The notes below the pieces were generated by a model. That model did no database searches. It saw only the letters and a program-made list of their open reading frames with translations, and was not told the DNA's origin. DNA of 64,000 bases. It comes from a virus. Made by a program: the position numbers and the translations under genes. Where the stretch lies: IMG/VR virus record IMGVR_UViG_3300025168_013179, positions 33,787-97,786 of that record. One strand, 5' to 3'. This document shows, in pieces, positions 45,371-54,494 of the stretch (positions within the stretch are counted from its first letter, which is position 1; each line of letters starts with the position of its first letter).

Positions 45371-46162
45371 TTACGCGTATTCAGCTAAAAGCTTTTCAAC
45401 ATGAGTTTTCGCAACTTCATAATTAACTGGTCCACTTTCGTCTTCGTACTGTACAGGATCATCCGCACCCAATTTAATGAACGCTTCGATTCGTTCCACA
45501 GATGAAGCGGACTTGTAATCACTATTACCGCTAGGGTAAGGCTTATAAGAAGTGTTAGTCCTACTATAAACGCTATTAAAATCAAGGCCAAGTTCTCTAC
45601 AGAGCTTTTGACCATCTTGTAAAATTCCATACTTGTCAGTTTCTAAATAAGGTGTAAAATAATCTACTTTATCTGCTTCCCAATTACCTAGTCTAAAGGC
45701 GTTATCGTCAGCATCTCTAAACTCTTGTCTGCAATCAGGATATACTGCATGGTCTCCAGCATGGATTCCTAATGCGATATCTGTATTATTTCCATTAGAC
45801 ATTGCCTCTGAAAGTGCAACTGCCTGGACCAAAGAAGCAAATATTTTGTTTCTATTAGGTACTACAGTAGCTTTCATATTATCCTCTTCGTAATGACCTT
45901 CCGGTACATCGTCTCCACCTTCTGTTAAGGCTGAGTTTAGAAGATTAACTAATCCGTCTAATTTAATTACTTGAAATTTAACGTTCTTATCATTATCTTT
46001 TAAGTAGCTTATTAGTTCTTGTGCTCTCTCAAGCTCTACTCTATGCTTTTGACCGTAATCAAAAGATATTGCAGTTACATTGTCATACTCTGATAAACAT
46101 CTGAGTAGTAAGGTTGAGGAGTCCATCCCTCCGCTTAGACTAATTACAACATTTTTTGCCAT
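45371..46162 (-). CDS. queC: 7-cyano-7-deazaguanine synthase
   Basis: SGGMDS, FDYGQKH, VPNRN and YPDCR motifs. Confidence 0.95.
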   Translation of the reverse strand: MAKNVVISLSGGMDSSTLLLRCLSEYDNVTAISFDYGQKHRVELERAQELISYLKDNDKNVKFQVIKLDGLVNLLNSALTEGGDDVPEGHYEEDNMKATVVPNRNKIFASLVQAVALSEAMSNGNNTDIALGIHAGDHAVYPDCRQEFRDADDNAFRLGNWEADKVDYFTPYLETDKYGILQDGQKLCRELGLDFNSVYSRTNTSYKPYPSGNSDYKSASSVERIEAFIKLGADDPVQYEDESGPVNYEVAKTHVEKLLAEYA

Positions 46163-46177
46163 TTTATATAAATTAAA

Positions 46178-46211
46178 TTTGCCAGGTATTTTGAGCGTAT
46201 AGGCAAACGCT
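46178..46211 (-). ncRNA. Candidate H-type pseudoknot in queC leader
   Basis: AGCGU/ACGCU and UUGCC/GGCAA interleaved. Confidence 0.5.
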
Positions 46212-46515
46212 AAGCTCCCATAATGGAAGTAATCTTTTCTTGATAGCTTTTAAATTTTAATACATAGTCCTTAATAGTAGTAAAACTCTTATTATTAGAA
46301 CTGTTAGTTTTTTCTTCAGCTATAACTTTTAAAGCATACCCAAAGTTACCAGGGTAGCATACTGTTTTAATATACTCTGTATCGTTATCTCCTTTTATTA
46401 CTCTTTCGTATACAGTAAAACCTCCTGTTGAAGATTTACTTATAAAGAAAGGTTCTAAAACTGGATCAGTTATTATAGTATCTGTACTTGGGATTGAATC
46501 TGGTCTTCTTAACAT
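46210..46515 (-). CDS. Hypothetical protein
   Basis: ORF. Confidence 0.6.
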   Translation of the reverse strand: MLRRPDSIPSTDTIITDPVLEPFFISKSSTGGFTVYERVIKGDNDTEYIKTVCYPGNFGYALKVIAEEKTNSSNNKSFTTIKDYVLKFKSYQEKITSIMGA

Positions 46516-46518
46516 AAC

Positions 46519-46767
46519 TTATTTTATTAATTGTTTTAATTTATCTTCTGTCAGTAGACCTACTTCTTTTGTAAATGTTCCGTCCTCATTAATGAAGACT
46601 GTAGCAGGTATACTTCTTATTTTATACTTAGCAGCTAAACCATCAGTATCTTTATCTAAGTTTACTTTAACATAGTCTACTTTGATTTCATTTACTACTT
46701 TATCAAATATAGGTGCATAACTTTTACATGGGCCGCACCAGTCAGCATAAAACTTGATTACTTTCAT
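46519..46767 (-). CDS. trxA: Thioredoxin
   Basis: WCGPCK active site. Confidence 0.92.
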   Translation of the reverse strand: MKVIKFYADWCGPCKSYAPIFDKVVNEIKVDYVKVNLDKDTDGLAAKYKIRSIPATVFINEDGTFTKEVGLLTEDKLKQLIK

Positions 46768-46886
46768 TTCTTAAATTTCTTTTTAAATTTTCTGTTATTA
46801 CCTTTTTTTGGTTCTTCTTTCATGAAATTATTAACTTTCATCCAGGATACTACTTGTGTGATATTTTGTTTCATAGAATTTGACAT
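46764..46886 (-). CDS. Small basic peptide, 40 aa, absent from ORF track
   Basis: MSNSMKQNITQVVSWMK...RKFKKKFKK; ATGA overlap with thioredoxin; promoter upstream. Confidence 0.5.
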   Translation of the reverse strand: MSNSMKQNITQVVSWMKVNNFMKEEPKKGNNRKFKKKFKK

Positions 46887-46935
46887 AACTTGTTTTTATA
46901 TAATACAATATACGAAAATAATCTCAAATAGACAA

Positions 46936-48648
46936 CTATCCGTCACAGGATAAACACTCTAATTCAGTACGAGACCCTATGTCTCCATTTATTACTGAAT
47001 CAGTTCTCAAGTAGTAAAGTGTTTTAATTCCTAACCTCCATGCTGCTTGATGAACTTCATTGATAAACTTAGGAGAATCAGTAGGATCAAAAGCTAAATT
47101 GAGTGACTGAGTTTGGTCTATATATTTCTGTCTAGCAGCAGCTTGTTCTACTAATTGTAATTGATTTATTTCTGCAAATGTTAAAAATATAGGTTTATCT
47201 TCTGCTGGCATGATATCTACTGGTAAATTAGCTATACTCCCCCTATCTTTCATAATTTGATCCCAAACTTCTTCGGTATTTGATCCTTTCTCTTCTAAGT
47301 AGGTCTCTAAAGCAGGATTTTTCCTGATAAAAGTACCTTTAGCTGAATTAAAAGTGTATACATTAGCCGGGACAGGTTCAATACCGGCAGATACTCCACC
47401 TGTAAGGGTAGAATTAGAGACTGTTGGGGCTATAGCAAGTAAATGACTATTTCTCATCCCAGTACCTCTACACCAAATTGGTTCTCCGTACTCATCTGCT
47501 AGTCTTCTTGAAGCTAATTCTGCTTTAGTTTTAATTTCCGAAAAGATCTGATGAGTTAGCGATGTTGCCGCTATTGAAGAAAATGGTATTCTTTCGTTCT
47601 GTAGTAGTGTATGCCATCCTAATACACCTAATCCAATTGCTCTACCTTTTTTAGCAGATCTATGAGACCTTACTAGAGATTCTTTTCCGTTAGTTTTAAC
47701 TAAAAACTCTTCCATTACTCCGTCAAGAAAGTAAATTGCTGTTTCTATAAGGTCAGAATTTTTCCATTCATGCCACTTAGTAAGGTTAACTGAAGATAAA
47801 CAGCAAATAAAGCTATGTTCTTCGTCTGTAAAAAGTGTTATCTCAGAACAGATGTTAGTCATTGTAACCTCTAAGTTATTTTTTTTATATGCAGGTGGAT
47901 TAGCATTGTTTACGTTATCTTTAAACATAACATAAGGTTCTCCCGTTTCCATTCTAGATTTAAGTATTTTAATCCAGGTATCCATAGCCTCTTGATCTCT
48001 ATGTTCGAGTTTCTGCATAAATGTATCATCCACTACAACACATTGATGTAGGTTTAGACACTGTCTATTAGGGTCTCCTTTAGGACGTCTAATTTCTAAG
48101 AATTCTTGTATATCTGGATGATTTATATCTAAATTTACTGAAGCTGCTCCTCTTCGAACTGATCCTTGATTAGTAGCAATTATAGTTGAATCGTAAATTT
48201 TAGCCCAAGGTACTACCCCTTCAGATTGACCTACTCCGTTACCGATTTTTCCTCCTCTACCACGTACTTTAGAAAGACCAATACCTACACCACCACCAAG
48301 TGACGTTAATCTCATTAATTCAGCATTTGTCAAACCTATTCCTCTAATAGAATCTGGTGTATCTATTCCAAAGCAAGATATTGGTAAACCTTTGTCGGTA
48401 CCGGTATTAGATAAGACAGGAGAAGCTAGGTTTAACCATCCTTTCCATATATACCTAAAAAATTTTCCAGCTAAATCAGGTCTATCTAATCTTAAAGCTA
48501 CTCTATCGGCAACTCTTTTATAAGCTTTTTTTGGAGTTTCACCATGCATTAAGTATCCATTAGATATTGTAGCTAATGAAACTTCTGTCATCCATTCAGG
48601 ATAATCCTTTCCTTTCTCCCATTGGGAGTAATCTACTGTTACACTCAT
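46936..48648 (-). CDS. nrdA: Ribonucleotide reductase class Ia alpha subunit
   Basis: PISCF, TNICSEI, APT and C-terminal CLSCDG motifs. Confidence 0.95.
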   Translation of the reverse strand: MSVTVDYSQWEKGKDYPEWMTEVSLATISNGYLMHGETPKKAYKRVADRVALRLDRPDLAGKFFRYIWKGWLNLASPVLSNTGTDKGLPISCFGIDTPDSIRGIGLTNAELMRLTSLGGGVGIGLSKVRGRGGKIGNGVGQSEGVVPWAKIYDSTIIATNQGSVRRGAASVNLDINHPDIQEFLEIRRPKGDPNRQCLNLHQCVVVDDTFMQKLEHRDQEAMDTWIKILKSRMETGEPYVMFKDNVNNANPPAYKKNNLEVTMTNICSEITLFTDEEHSFICCLSSVNLTKWHEWKNSDLIETAIYFLDGVMEEFLVKTNGKESLVRSHRSAKKGRAIGLGVLGWHTLLQNERIPFSSIAATSLTHQIFSEIKTKAELASRRLADEYGEPIWCRGTGMRNSHLLAIAPTVSNSTLTGGVSAGIEPVPANVYTFNSAKGTFIRKNPALETYLEEKGSNTEEVWDQIMKDRGSIANLPVDIMPAEDKPIFLTFAEINQLQLVEQAAARQKYIDQTQSLNLAFDPTDSPKFINEVHQAAWRLGIKTLYYLRTDSVINGDIGSRTELECLSCDG

Positions 48649-48657
48649 ATATTATAA

Positions 48658-49635
48658 TTAAAAAGCTGATCCCCAGTCTACATGACCTTTTGAATAATTC
48701 GTAACTCTACTGGCAAAGAAATCAGTATGTTGTTTTCCTGCTATCACTGCATCAAACCATTTCATAGTTTTTAATGCTCCTTTATCAATCTCAGAAGAAG
48801 GAACTATAGGCTGTAAACCTAAATCCTTCATCTTAGTATTAATTCTATGCCTGATAAAGTTCTTTAACTCGTCTTTAGTTAAGTTCTCTAGGTCTCCCAT
48901 TTCAAATACTTTATCTATAAAATCAAACTCTAATTTCATACTCATTTCTGCTGCTTCTTCTATCTCTTTAACTAGTTTATCAGTATTAAATTCAGGATGT
49001 TCTTCCATCAACGTTCTGAATAACCAACAACCAGCGTTAGAGTGTAATGATTCATCTCTTACTGACCATTCTACTATTTGACCGACTCCTTTAAGTTTAT
49101 TTCTCATTTTAAACGATAAAAGAACTGCAAAAGATGAAAAAAGATTTACACCTTCTGTAAACGCAGAAAAAATTGCTAATGACTTAGCTCTTTCATGCCA
49201 ATTAGCTGTTCCGTCGTCATTATCTCTAACGTTCATTAATGCCTCTATCTTAGCCATAGTTGCTTCATCTTCCATAAATTCAGAAAAGTCATCTAAACCT
49301 AACTGTTCATTTAATAATGAATAAGCTTCTGCATGAATAGTCTCAGAAGAACCTAATGTTGTTCCCATCATTATTACTTCCGGTTTTCTAAACCATTTTG
49401 TAACTAAAGTAGACCAGTAATCATTTACGATTGTTTCAGTTTGAGCGAATCCTTTTAATATTTGACCTACTACATTCTTTTCGTAAGGTTTCATATTAGA
49501 TTTCCAGTCAGAAACATCTTGAGCCATTGGAACTTCTGTATGAAGCCAATGTGCTTGTTGTTGCTTGAGCCAGTAATCGTATGCTTGTGGGTATTCGAAC
49601 GGTTTGTACACTATTCTCTCATCTAATAAACTCAT
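48658..49635 (-). CDS. nrdB: Ribonucleotide reductase class Ia beta subunit
   Basis: ETIHAEAY, EGVNLFSSF, RDESLH and DFF motifs. Confidence 0.95.
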   Translation of the reverse strand: MSLLDERIVYKPFEYPQAYDYWLKQQQAHWLHTEVPMAQDVSDWKSNMKPYEKNVVGQILKGFAQTETIVNDYWSTLVTKWFRKPEVIMMGTTLGSSETIHAEAYSLLNEQLGLDDFSEFMEDEATMAKIEALMNVRDNDDGTANWHERAKSLAIFSAFTEGVNLFSSFAVLLSFKMRNKLKGVGQIVEWSVRDESLHSNAGCWLFRTLMEEHPEFNTDKLVKEIEEAAEMSMKLEFDFIDKVFEMGDLENLTKDELKNFIRHRINTKMKDLGLQPIVPSSEIDKGALKTMKWFDAVIAGKQHTDFFASRVTNYSKGHVDWGSAF

Positions 49636-49739
49636 ATACTTTAAATATTTACTTTGGTTAAAACTAAAATGTCCTCAAAGGTAATTTAAGGACGCTATAA
49701 TAAATATAATATATATTTAGGTATCAATTAAAATATATA

Positions 49740-51083
49740 TTATATTTTTTCAAATATTTTGTTAACTGTCGCTCTATCTACTCCTGCTGTATTAGAATTG
49801 TCATCTAATAGGTCAGCTGCACTAGTTTCTTCTAAAAATTCTATTTGTCCGTTATTAGTATTCATCTTAATATTATACGTCATACCATCTTGACCGTATC
49901 TATTCTTCATAACGTGTATTCTACCGGTACCCAGTACTTTATCTTCTTTTTGTCTTGATAGAGATAGACATATATCAGCAACCATCATTTTATCGTAACT
50001 TCCAGCTGCTTTATCACCTTCTATAATACTATCTCTAGCACCCATTCTATTTACCTGAGAAGGTGTAAGAATTGGTATCTTTAAATCTTTAGCTAATGCT
50101 TTTGTAGCAATAAATACATCGTCTATTTCATGTTTTCTCTCTGTATTCCTACCTCTAGAAGGAGCTTTTAAGTAATCTACATAATCTATGATTATTAGAT
50201 CAGGTTTATGGTCTATATCAGCACATTTCTGTACATGTGCCTTTATAGTATTGACTGATGCTCCTTTTGGTGGGTATTCTTTTACTATTAACCTCCCTTT
50301 TAGGTTATCTACATGCTTCTGTACTTCTTTTCTATGTTTATTAACATCATCTATGCTGTATCCAGTAAAATAACAGTCAAATCGCTTACCTACATAATCC
50401 TCTCCTAATTCTAATGTATAGAAGTTTACTTTGAATCCCATCTTAACTGCATGCGCAGCAATTGCAACCATAGTCCAAGATTTACCGCCGCCAGGAGACC
50501 CAAAAATAATACCCAGATCACCGGGACCGAATCCGCCTTGTATACCATCATTAAGAATAGGCCAAGGACTAGGGACAGTAGGGCGATAATCAACCCTATA
50601 CCTAGTTTCAACATCTTTGTTGTATTCATGTCCAATATTTTTATCCATTCCAGCTTTTATAGCCTTTTCTACTAGATTTCTAATCCCATCGAAGTCTCCT
50701 TCTTTAAGTAAATCAGCAGAATCTAATATAGCTGATTTCATCTCTTGATTCTTACAGAATTTAGTAAATTCTTCTTGAACGTACTCTAGATCATCTTTAG
50801 TAGCTTGGTATGAGTTTCTAAGTTCTTCTTTTAAAGCAACTTGTAGTACTTCGTTTTCTAATTTTTGGAGTTCGATTTTAAGAACATCCATAGTAACTGT
50901 AGTATGGTACTTATCATAATAATCACAAATTTGATTTATAATCCACTTATGTGAATCTGCGTCGAAATAACTATCAGATAAAACATCTCTGACGTTAAGT
51001 AAAAAAGCTTTGTCTGTGAGTAATGAACCTAGTACTTTTAATTGGAAACCTTTTCCAAACTGATGTAAACTCTTTAATGTCAT
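49740..51083 (-). CDS. dnaB: Replicative DnaB-like helicase
   Basis: GSPGGGKS, TLE, IDYVD, SQVNR and KNRYG motifs. Confidence 0.92.
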   Translation of the reverse strand: MTLKSLHQFGKGFQLKVLGSLLTDKAFLLNVRDVLSDSYFDADSHKWIINQICDYYDKYHTTVTMDVLKIELQKLENEVLQVALKEELRNSYQATKDDLEYVQEEFTKFCKNQEMKSAILDSADLLKEGDFDGIRNLVEKAIKAGMDKNIGHEYNKDVETRYRVDYRPTVPSPWPILNDGIQGGFGPGDLGIIFGSPGGGKSWTMVAIAAHAVKMGFKVNFYTLELGEDYVGKRFDCYFTGYSIDDVNKHRKEVQKHVDNLKGRLIVKEYPPKGASVNTIKAHVQKCADIDHKPDLIIIDYVDYLKAPSRGRNTERKHEIDDVFIATKALAKDLKIPILTPSQVNRMGARDSIIEGDKAAGSYDKMMVADICLSLSRQKEDKVLGTGRIHVMKNRYGQDGMTYNIKMNTNNGQIEFLEETSAADLLDDNSNTAGVDRATVNKIFEKI

Positions 51084-51090
51084 CTATAAC

Positions 51091-52110
51091 CTATTTTTTA
51101 AAAACCGTTAAACCCCTAAAATTCTCTAACCACCCTTCTGTATTTTTAGTAACTCCTTCTATTTTATCATTATCTAATAAATGTAGAAAAGCTCCTGCCT
51201 GTAAGTCAGGTATATCTTCTTTTATAATATCCAATATAGTGTTTTTTTCTTTAATATCCAACACACTTTCATGTAAATTCATTAATTTATAATTCGTCTC
51301 TACTTTGTCCCATTCGTGTATTATTTTAGAAAATATTTTTTTACCATCAATGTTGTCTTCGCAGACTTGAAATACATAATCTAAAGAAATATCTGGTTTA
51401 TTAACAAGATCTGGAAATTGAGAAACTATAGTTTTAATCCCTAATCCTTTTACTCCTTTTAAACCATCTGAATTATCACCTAGTAAAGCTTTGACTATAT
51501 TGTAATTTTCTGGAATTACTTTTAATTCTTCCTCTATATTATCAGCTTTGAATACTTTTTTCTTAACAGGAGCATATACTTCTATATTCTTGTTAATCAT
51601 CTGTAAAAAATCTTTATCTGATGATATAATGGTAATTTTTTTATTATTCTTATCTGCTTGTTGAGCTAAATATGCTATAATGTCATCAGCTTCTAACTTT
51701 TCCATCATTATTTGCTGTAACGGTAAGCATTCTAAGTAGTCTTTAGTTCTAAATAACTGACCTATTAATGCTTCAGTCTCTTCTGCTTTTGTATCGTAAA
51801 GCCCCCAATGAGTTATTCTCGATGTTGCTCTATTTGCTTTGTAGTTAGGATCTATGTTCTTCCTATTAGCAGAACCTCCTTTACCGTCCCATACTACAAT
51901 AACTCTAGTAGGATCAAATATCCTAGTCACATACCCTAAAGATCGCAAAAAGCCAACTAGGCCTCCGATATGGTGGCCTGTTGGACTCATTGCTTTGAGC
52001 AGTGAGAAGCTACGAATTAACATATTCATAGCATCTATAACCAGTATATGGTCATTTAGCTCTGGGGGTGGGGTCTGCTTTAAGTTCTTTAGTATTTTAG
52101 AGTAGCTCAC
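51091..52110 (-). CDS. 5'-3' exonuclease / flap endonuclease
   Basis: YKANR, EADD, SSDKD and GDNSD..GVKGLG.KT motifs. Confidence 0.92.
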   Translation of the reverse strand: MSYSKILKNLKQTPPPELNDHILVIDAMNMLIRSFSLLKAMSPTGHHIGGLVGFLRSLGYVTRIFDPTRVIVVWDGKGGSANRKNIDPNYKANRATSRITHWGLYDTKAEETEALIGQLFRTKDYLECLPLQQIMMEKLEADDIIAYLAQQADKNNKKITIISSDKDFLQMINKNIEVYAPVKKKVFKADNIEEELKVIPENYNIVKALLGDNSDGLKGVKGLGIKTIVSQFPDLVNKPDISLDYVFQVCEDNIDGKKIFSKIIHEWDKVETNYKLMNLHESVLDIKEKNTILDIIKEDIPDLQAGAFLHLLDNDKIEGVTKNTEGWLENFRGLTVFKK

Positions 52111-53180
52111 TAGTCGAGTAAATTAGGTGAAATTGGAGTTTCTTCTAAATCGCCCTCTTCGATAAGGTCAAAGTCTACAGACCCAACTAATTTGAGCCAG
52201 TGTTCTTTATGAGCATCCCTATATTTATCGATTGCTCTTTTATCGTCTTCTATAAAACCATGCTGAGTCATTACAATTCTACCTCTTGATTGTACTCCTC
52301 CAATATGATTCTTTTCTACCTGAACGTTAGTACGTTTTGCAAACTCTACTTGCATACCATTTTTAATCGCTTTGATCTTAGATGTACCTGGGTTAGTAAT
52401 ATTACCAAAAGTAACTACTAACGTAGCATCGTACCACATTGACATACCTCCTTTATTCTGTAATTTAGGTTGTCCCATAGGGTGCTCAGGTTTCATAGTC
52501 CAGACCTTATTGATAGCTACCATAGTATTAGTATAAGGAGAGTTCTCCTTCCTAGATAATAATATTTTCTGGTTTAAATTATTACCAAATTGAGTAGACA
52601 TTGCACCTGCATTCCATTCATTATTATTCTTATTAGAACGTACTGATAGATCACACGGTACAGAGCCTATACTATCCCAAAAGAAACATAGATCATAAGG
52701 TAAGTTACCTTTAGCTTGTTCATCCATTAGGTCAGCTATGTAAACAGCTACATCTTCTATAGTATTTAAGATTCCTCTATCGGCATATAAGAAATGACCT
52801 TCATAATCTGTAACTGTTCCGTTGGCATCTGTTACTTCATTAAACTGTAATCCCATCTCTTTAGCATGTTCCCAAGACCATTTCATCTCAGTCACAATGA
52901 AGACCGGGAGAATGCCCAGTTTTTGAGCATTCACCGCAGCTTCTATCAGGGCAGTTGTTTTGCCCGTATCACTATGTCCTCTTAACAGAGTGATATGTCC
53001 GGTTGGAATACCGGGGAGGGAAGTAATGTCTTGAAAAGCTTTAGATAAAGGAATCCATCCTTGTTCTTTAAACTTTACAGAAGCATTAGAAAATCCTTTC
53101 TTACTCTTAAAATTACTTAAATTAAACGACTTACGAACATTCGCAGTCGCTTTTGCCTGTACATCTTTCTTTTTTGCCAT
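52110..53180 (-). CDS. RecA/UvsX-like recombinase
   Basis: GHSDTGKTT, WDSIG, GG..MWY and VEKN motifs. Confidence 0.85.
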   Translation of the reverse strand: MAKKKDVQAKATANVRKSFNLSNFKSKKGFSNASVKFKEQGWIPLSKAFQDITSLPGIPTGHITLLRGHSDTGKTTALIEAAVNAQKLGILPVFIVTEMKWSWEHAKEMGLQFNEVTDANGTVTDYEGHFLYADRGILNTIEDVAVYIADLMDEQAKGNLPYDLCFFWDSIGSVPCDLSVRSNKNNNEWNAGAMSTQFGNNLNQKILLSRKENSPYTNTMVAINKVWTMKPEHPMGQPKLQNKGGMSMWYDATLVVTFGNITNPGTSKIKAIKNGMQVEFAKRTNVQVEKNHIGGVQSRGRIVMTQHGFIEDDKRAIDKYRDAHKEHWLKLVGSVDFDLIEEGDLEETPISPNLLD

Positions 53181-53182
53181 AC

Positions 53183-53956
53183 TTATTCGTTAAAAAGGTC
53201 ATCAAATTTACTTACCGTGTCTTTATTACCAGCTGTTGCAGTTTCTAAAGTAAAGTCTTTCTTTACAGGAGCTTCAGCTTTTGCTGGAGCATCCTCGACT
53301 GCACCTGGGTTAAGATGGTTTTGAAGTTGCTTTTTAATGAAATCGTAATCGTACTGAGTATGTACGTCAGAAGGGTCAGGTTGAGTTTTTAACCATGTTT
53401 CTACTTTACCATTATCGTCTGACAGAGCAGTTTGTTTAGGTTTTATTCTAACTGATGTTTCAGGGTAAGGATTACCTTGTTGTTGTTCCACAACTAAGTC
53501 CCAACCGTTTACAACGTCTGTAATGTCGCCGATATCTTCATCAGCAATTAAAGCTAATAAAGCTTTATATATAGTGATCCCGAATCCCCATAATCTAACA
53601 CCTTTATCTTCTTCTCCTCTTACCACTACTGGTGCAAAGATTCTTGTTTTAGGTGAAATTTTACCGGCCAATGACCAGTTATCTCTGTCAGAAGTTTTTC
53701 TTAGTTCTTTTACAAACTCTTCTACAGGGTCTTGTTTACCAAAATTAGATAAAGCAACCATAGGGTATTTACCTATTCCGTAATGAAACTTTAGCTCTTT
53801 AAAGGGCATAGTAGGGTCATAAAACGAAGGTACTAACCTTAGGGTCTGTTTTCCTAATTGTGGTTTCCAAAAAATTGTTGAGTAGTCAGTCTTTTCTCTC
53901 TGCTGACCGTTGTTGTTCAAGGCATCTAGCTTAGCCTTAATAGCATTTAAATCCAT
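53183..53956 (-). CDS. Single-stranded DNA-binding protein (gp32-like)
   Basis: FWKP, R.VP and DITD...G.D motifs; acidic FDDLF tail. Confidence 0.8.
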   Translation of the reverse strand: MDLNAIKAKLDALNNNGQQREKTDYSTIFWKPQLGKQTLRLVPSFYDPTMPFKELKFHYGIGKYPMVALSNFGKQDPVEEFVKELRKTSDRDNWSLAGKISPKTRIFAPVVVRGEEDKGVRLWGFGITIYKALLALIADEDIGDITDVVNGWDLVVEQQQGNPYPETSVRIKPKQTALSDDNGKVETWLKTQPDPSDVHTQYDYDFIKKQLQNHLNPGAVEDAPAKAEAPVKKDFTLETATAGNKDTVSKFDDLFNE

Positions 53957-53993
53957 ATAACTAATTTTTAAATTAATAACTTAATATTAATAC

Positions 53994-54023
53994 AATATAA
54001 GAAAAATAAAATTAACGAGCAAC
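53994..54023 (-). promoter_or_regulatory. Promoter for ssb-recA-exonuclease-helicase
   Basis: GTTG-N18-CTTATATT. Confidence 0.7.
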
Positions 54024-54472
54024 TATAACTCGATTATTTTATATAACTTTGTATTAATTCTTTTTAAATCTGGTCCTTTGGTAAGTAGTACACAATTCCT
54101 AAAATCTGGCCAGTTTATTCTGTATGAAGTATCTAGTACTCCGCCGTTTAACTCTTTAATAAGTGTATTAAGAGCATTAATTGTGTAAAGGGTGTTGGAT
54201 TCTTTTTTTCTGTGTACAAGAATAGTATTCTCAAGAAACGTTCCTACATTTCCGAAATCAACATTATAAGTGCATATATATTCATTTAAACTTTTAGAAT
54301 ATAATACAAAAATCTTATTGTAAATAATGTTGTAACGCTCTTGGATGTTTTCTAAAACAGGTTCAAGCGTATCTTCTGCAGCGAATGTGCAGAATAATTT
54401 ATTACTCATATCTTCATTTAAGTTAACTGGATCGATATCATAATCGAACCTACTTTCTGTAACCATTGTCAT
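54023..54472 (-). CDS. Conserved hypothetical phage protein
   Basis: ORF in replication module. Confidence 0.65.
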   Translation of the reverse strand: MTMVTESRFDYDIDPVNLNEDMSNKLFCTFAAEDTLEPVLENIQERYNIIYNKIFVLYSKSLNEYICTYNVDFGNVGTFLENTILVHRKKESNTLYTINALNTLIKELNGGVLDTSYRINWPDFRNCVLLTKGPDLKRINTKLYKIIEL

Positions 54473-54494
54473 TTGTTATAAATATTAAAGTGTT

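Noticed and set aside
27041-53180. Introns or inteins in polA, nrdA, helicase or recA
   Set aside because: Protein lengths and motif spacing are continuous with no insertion evident
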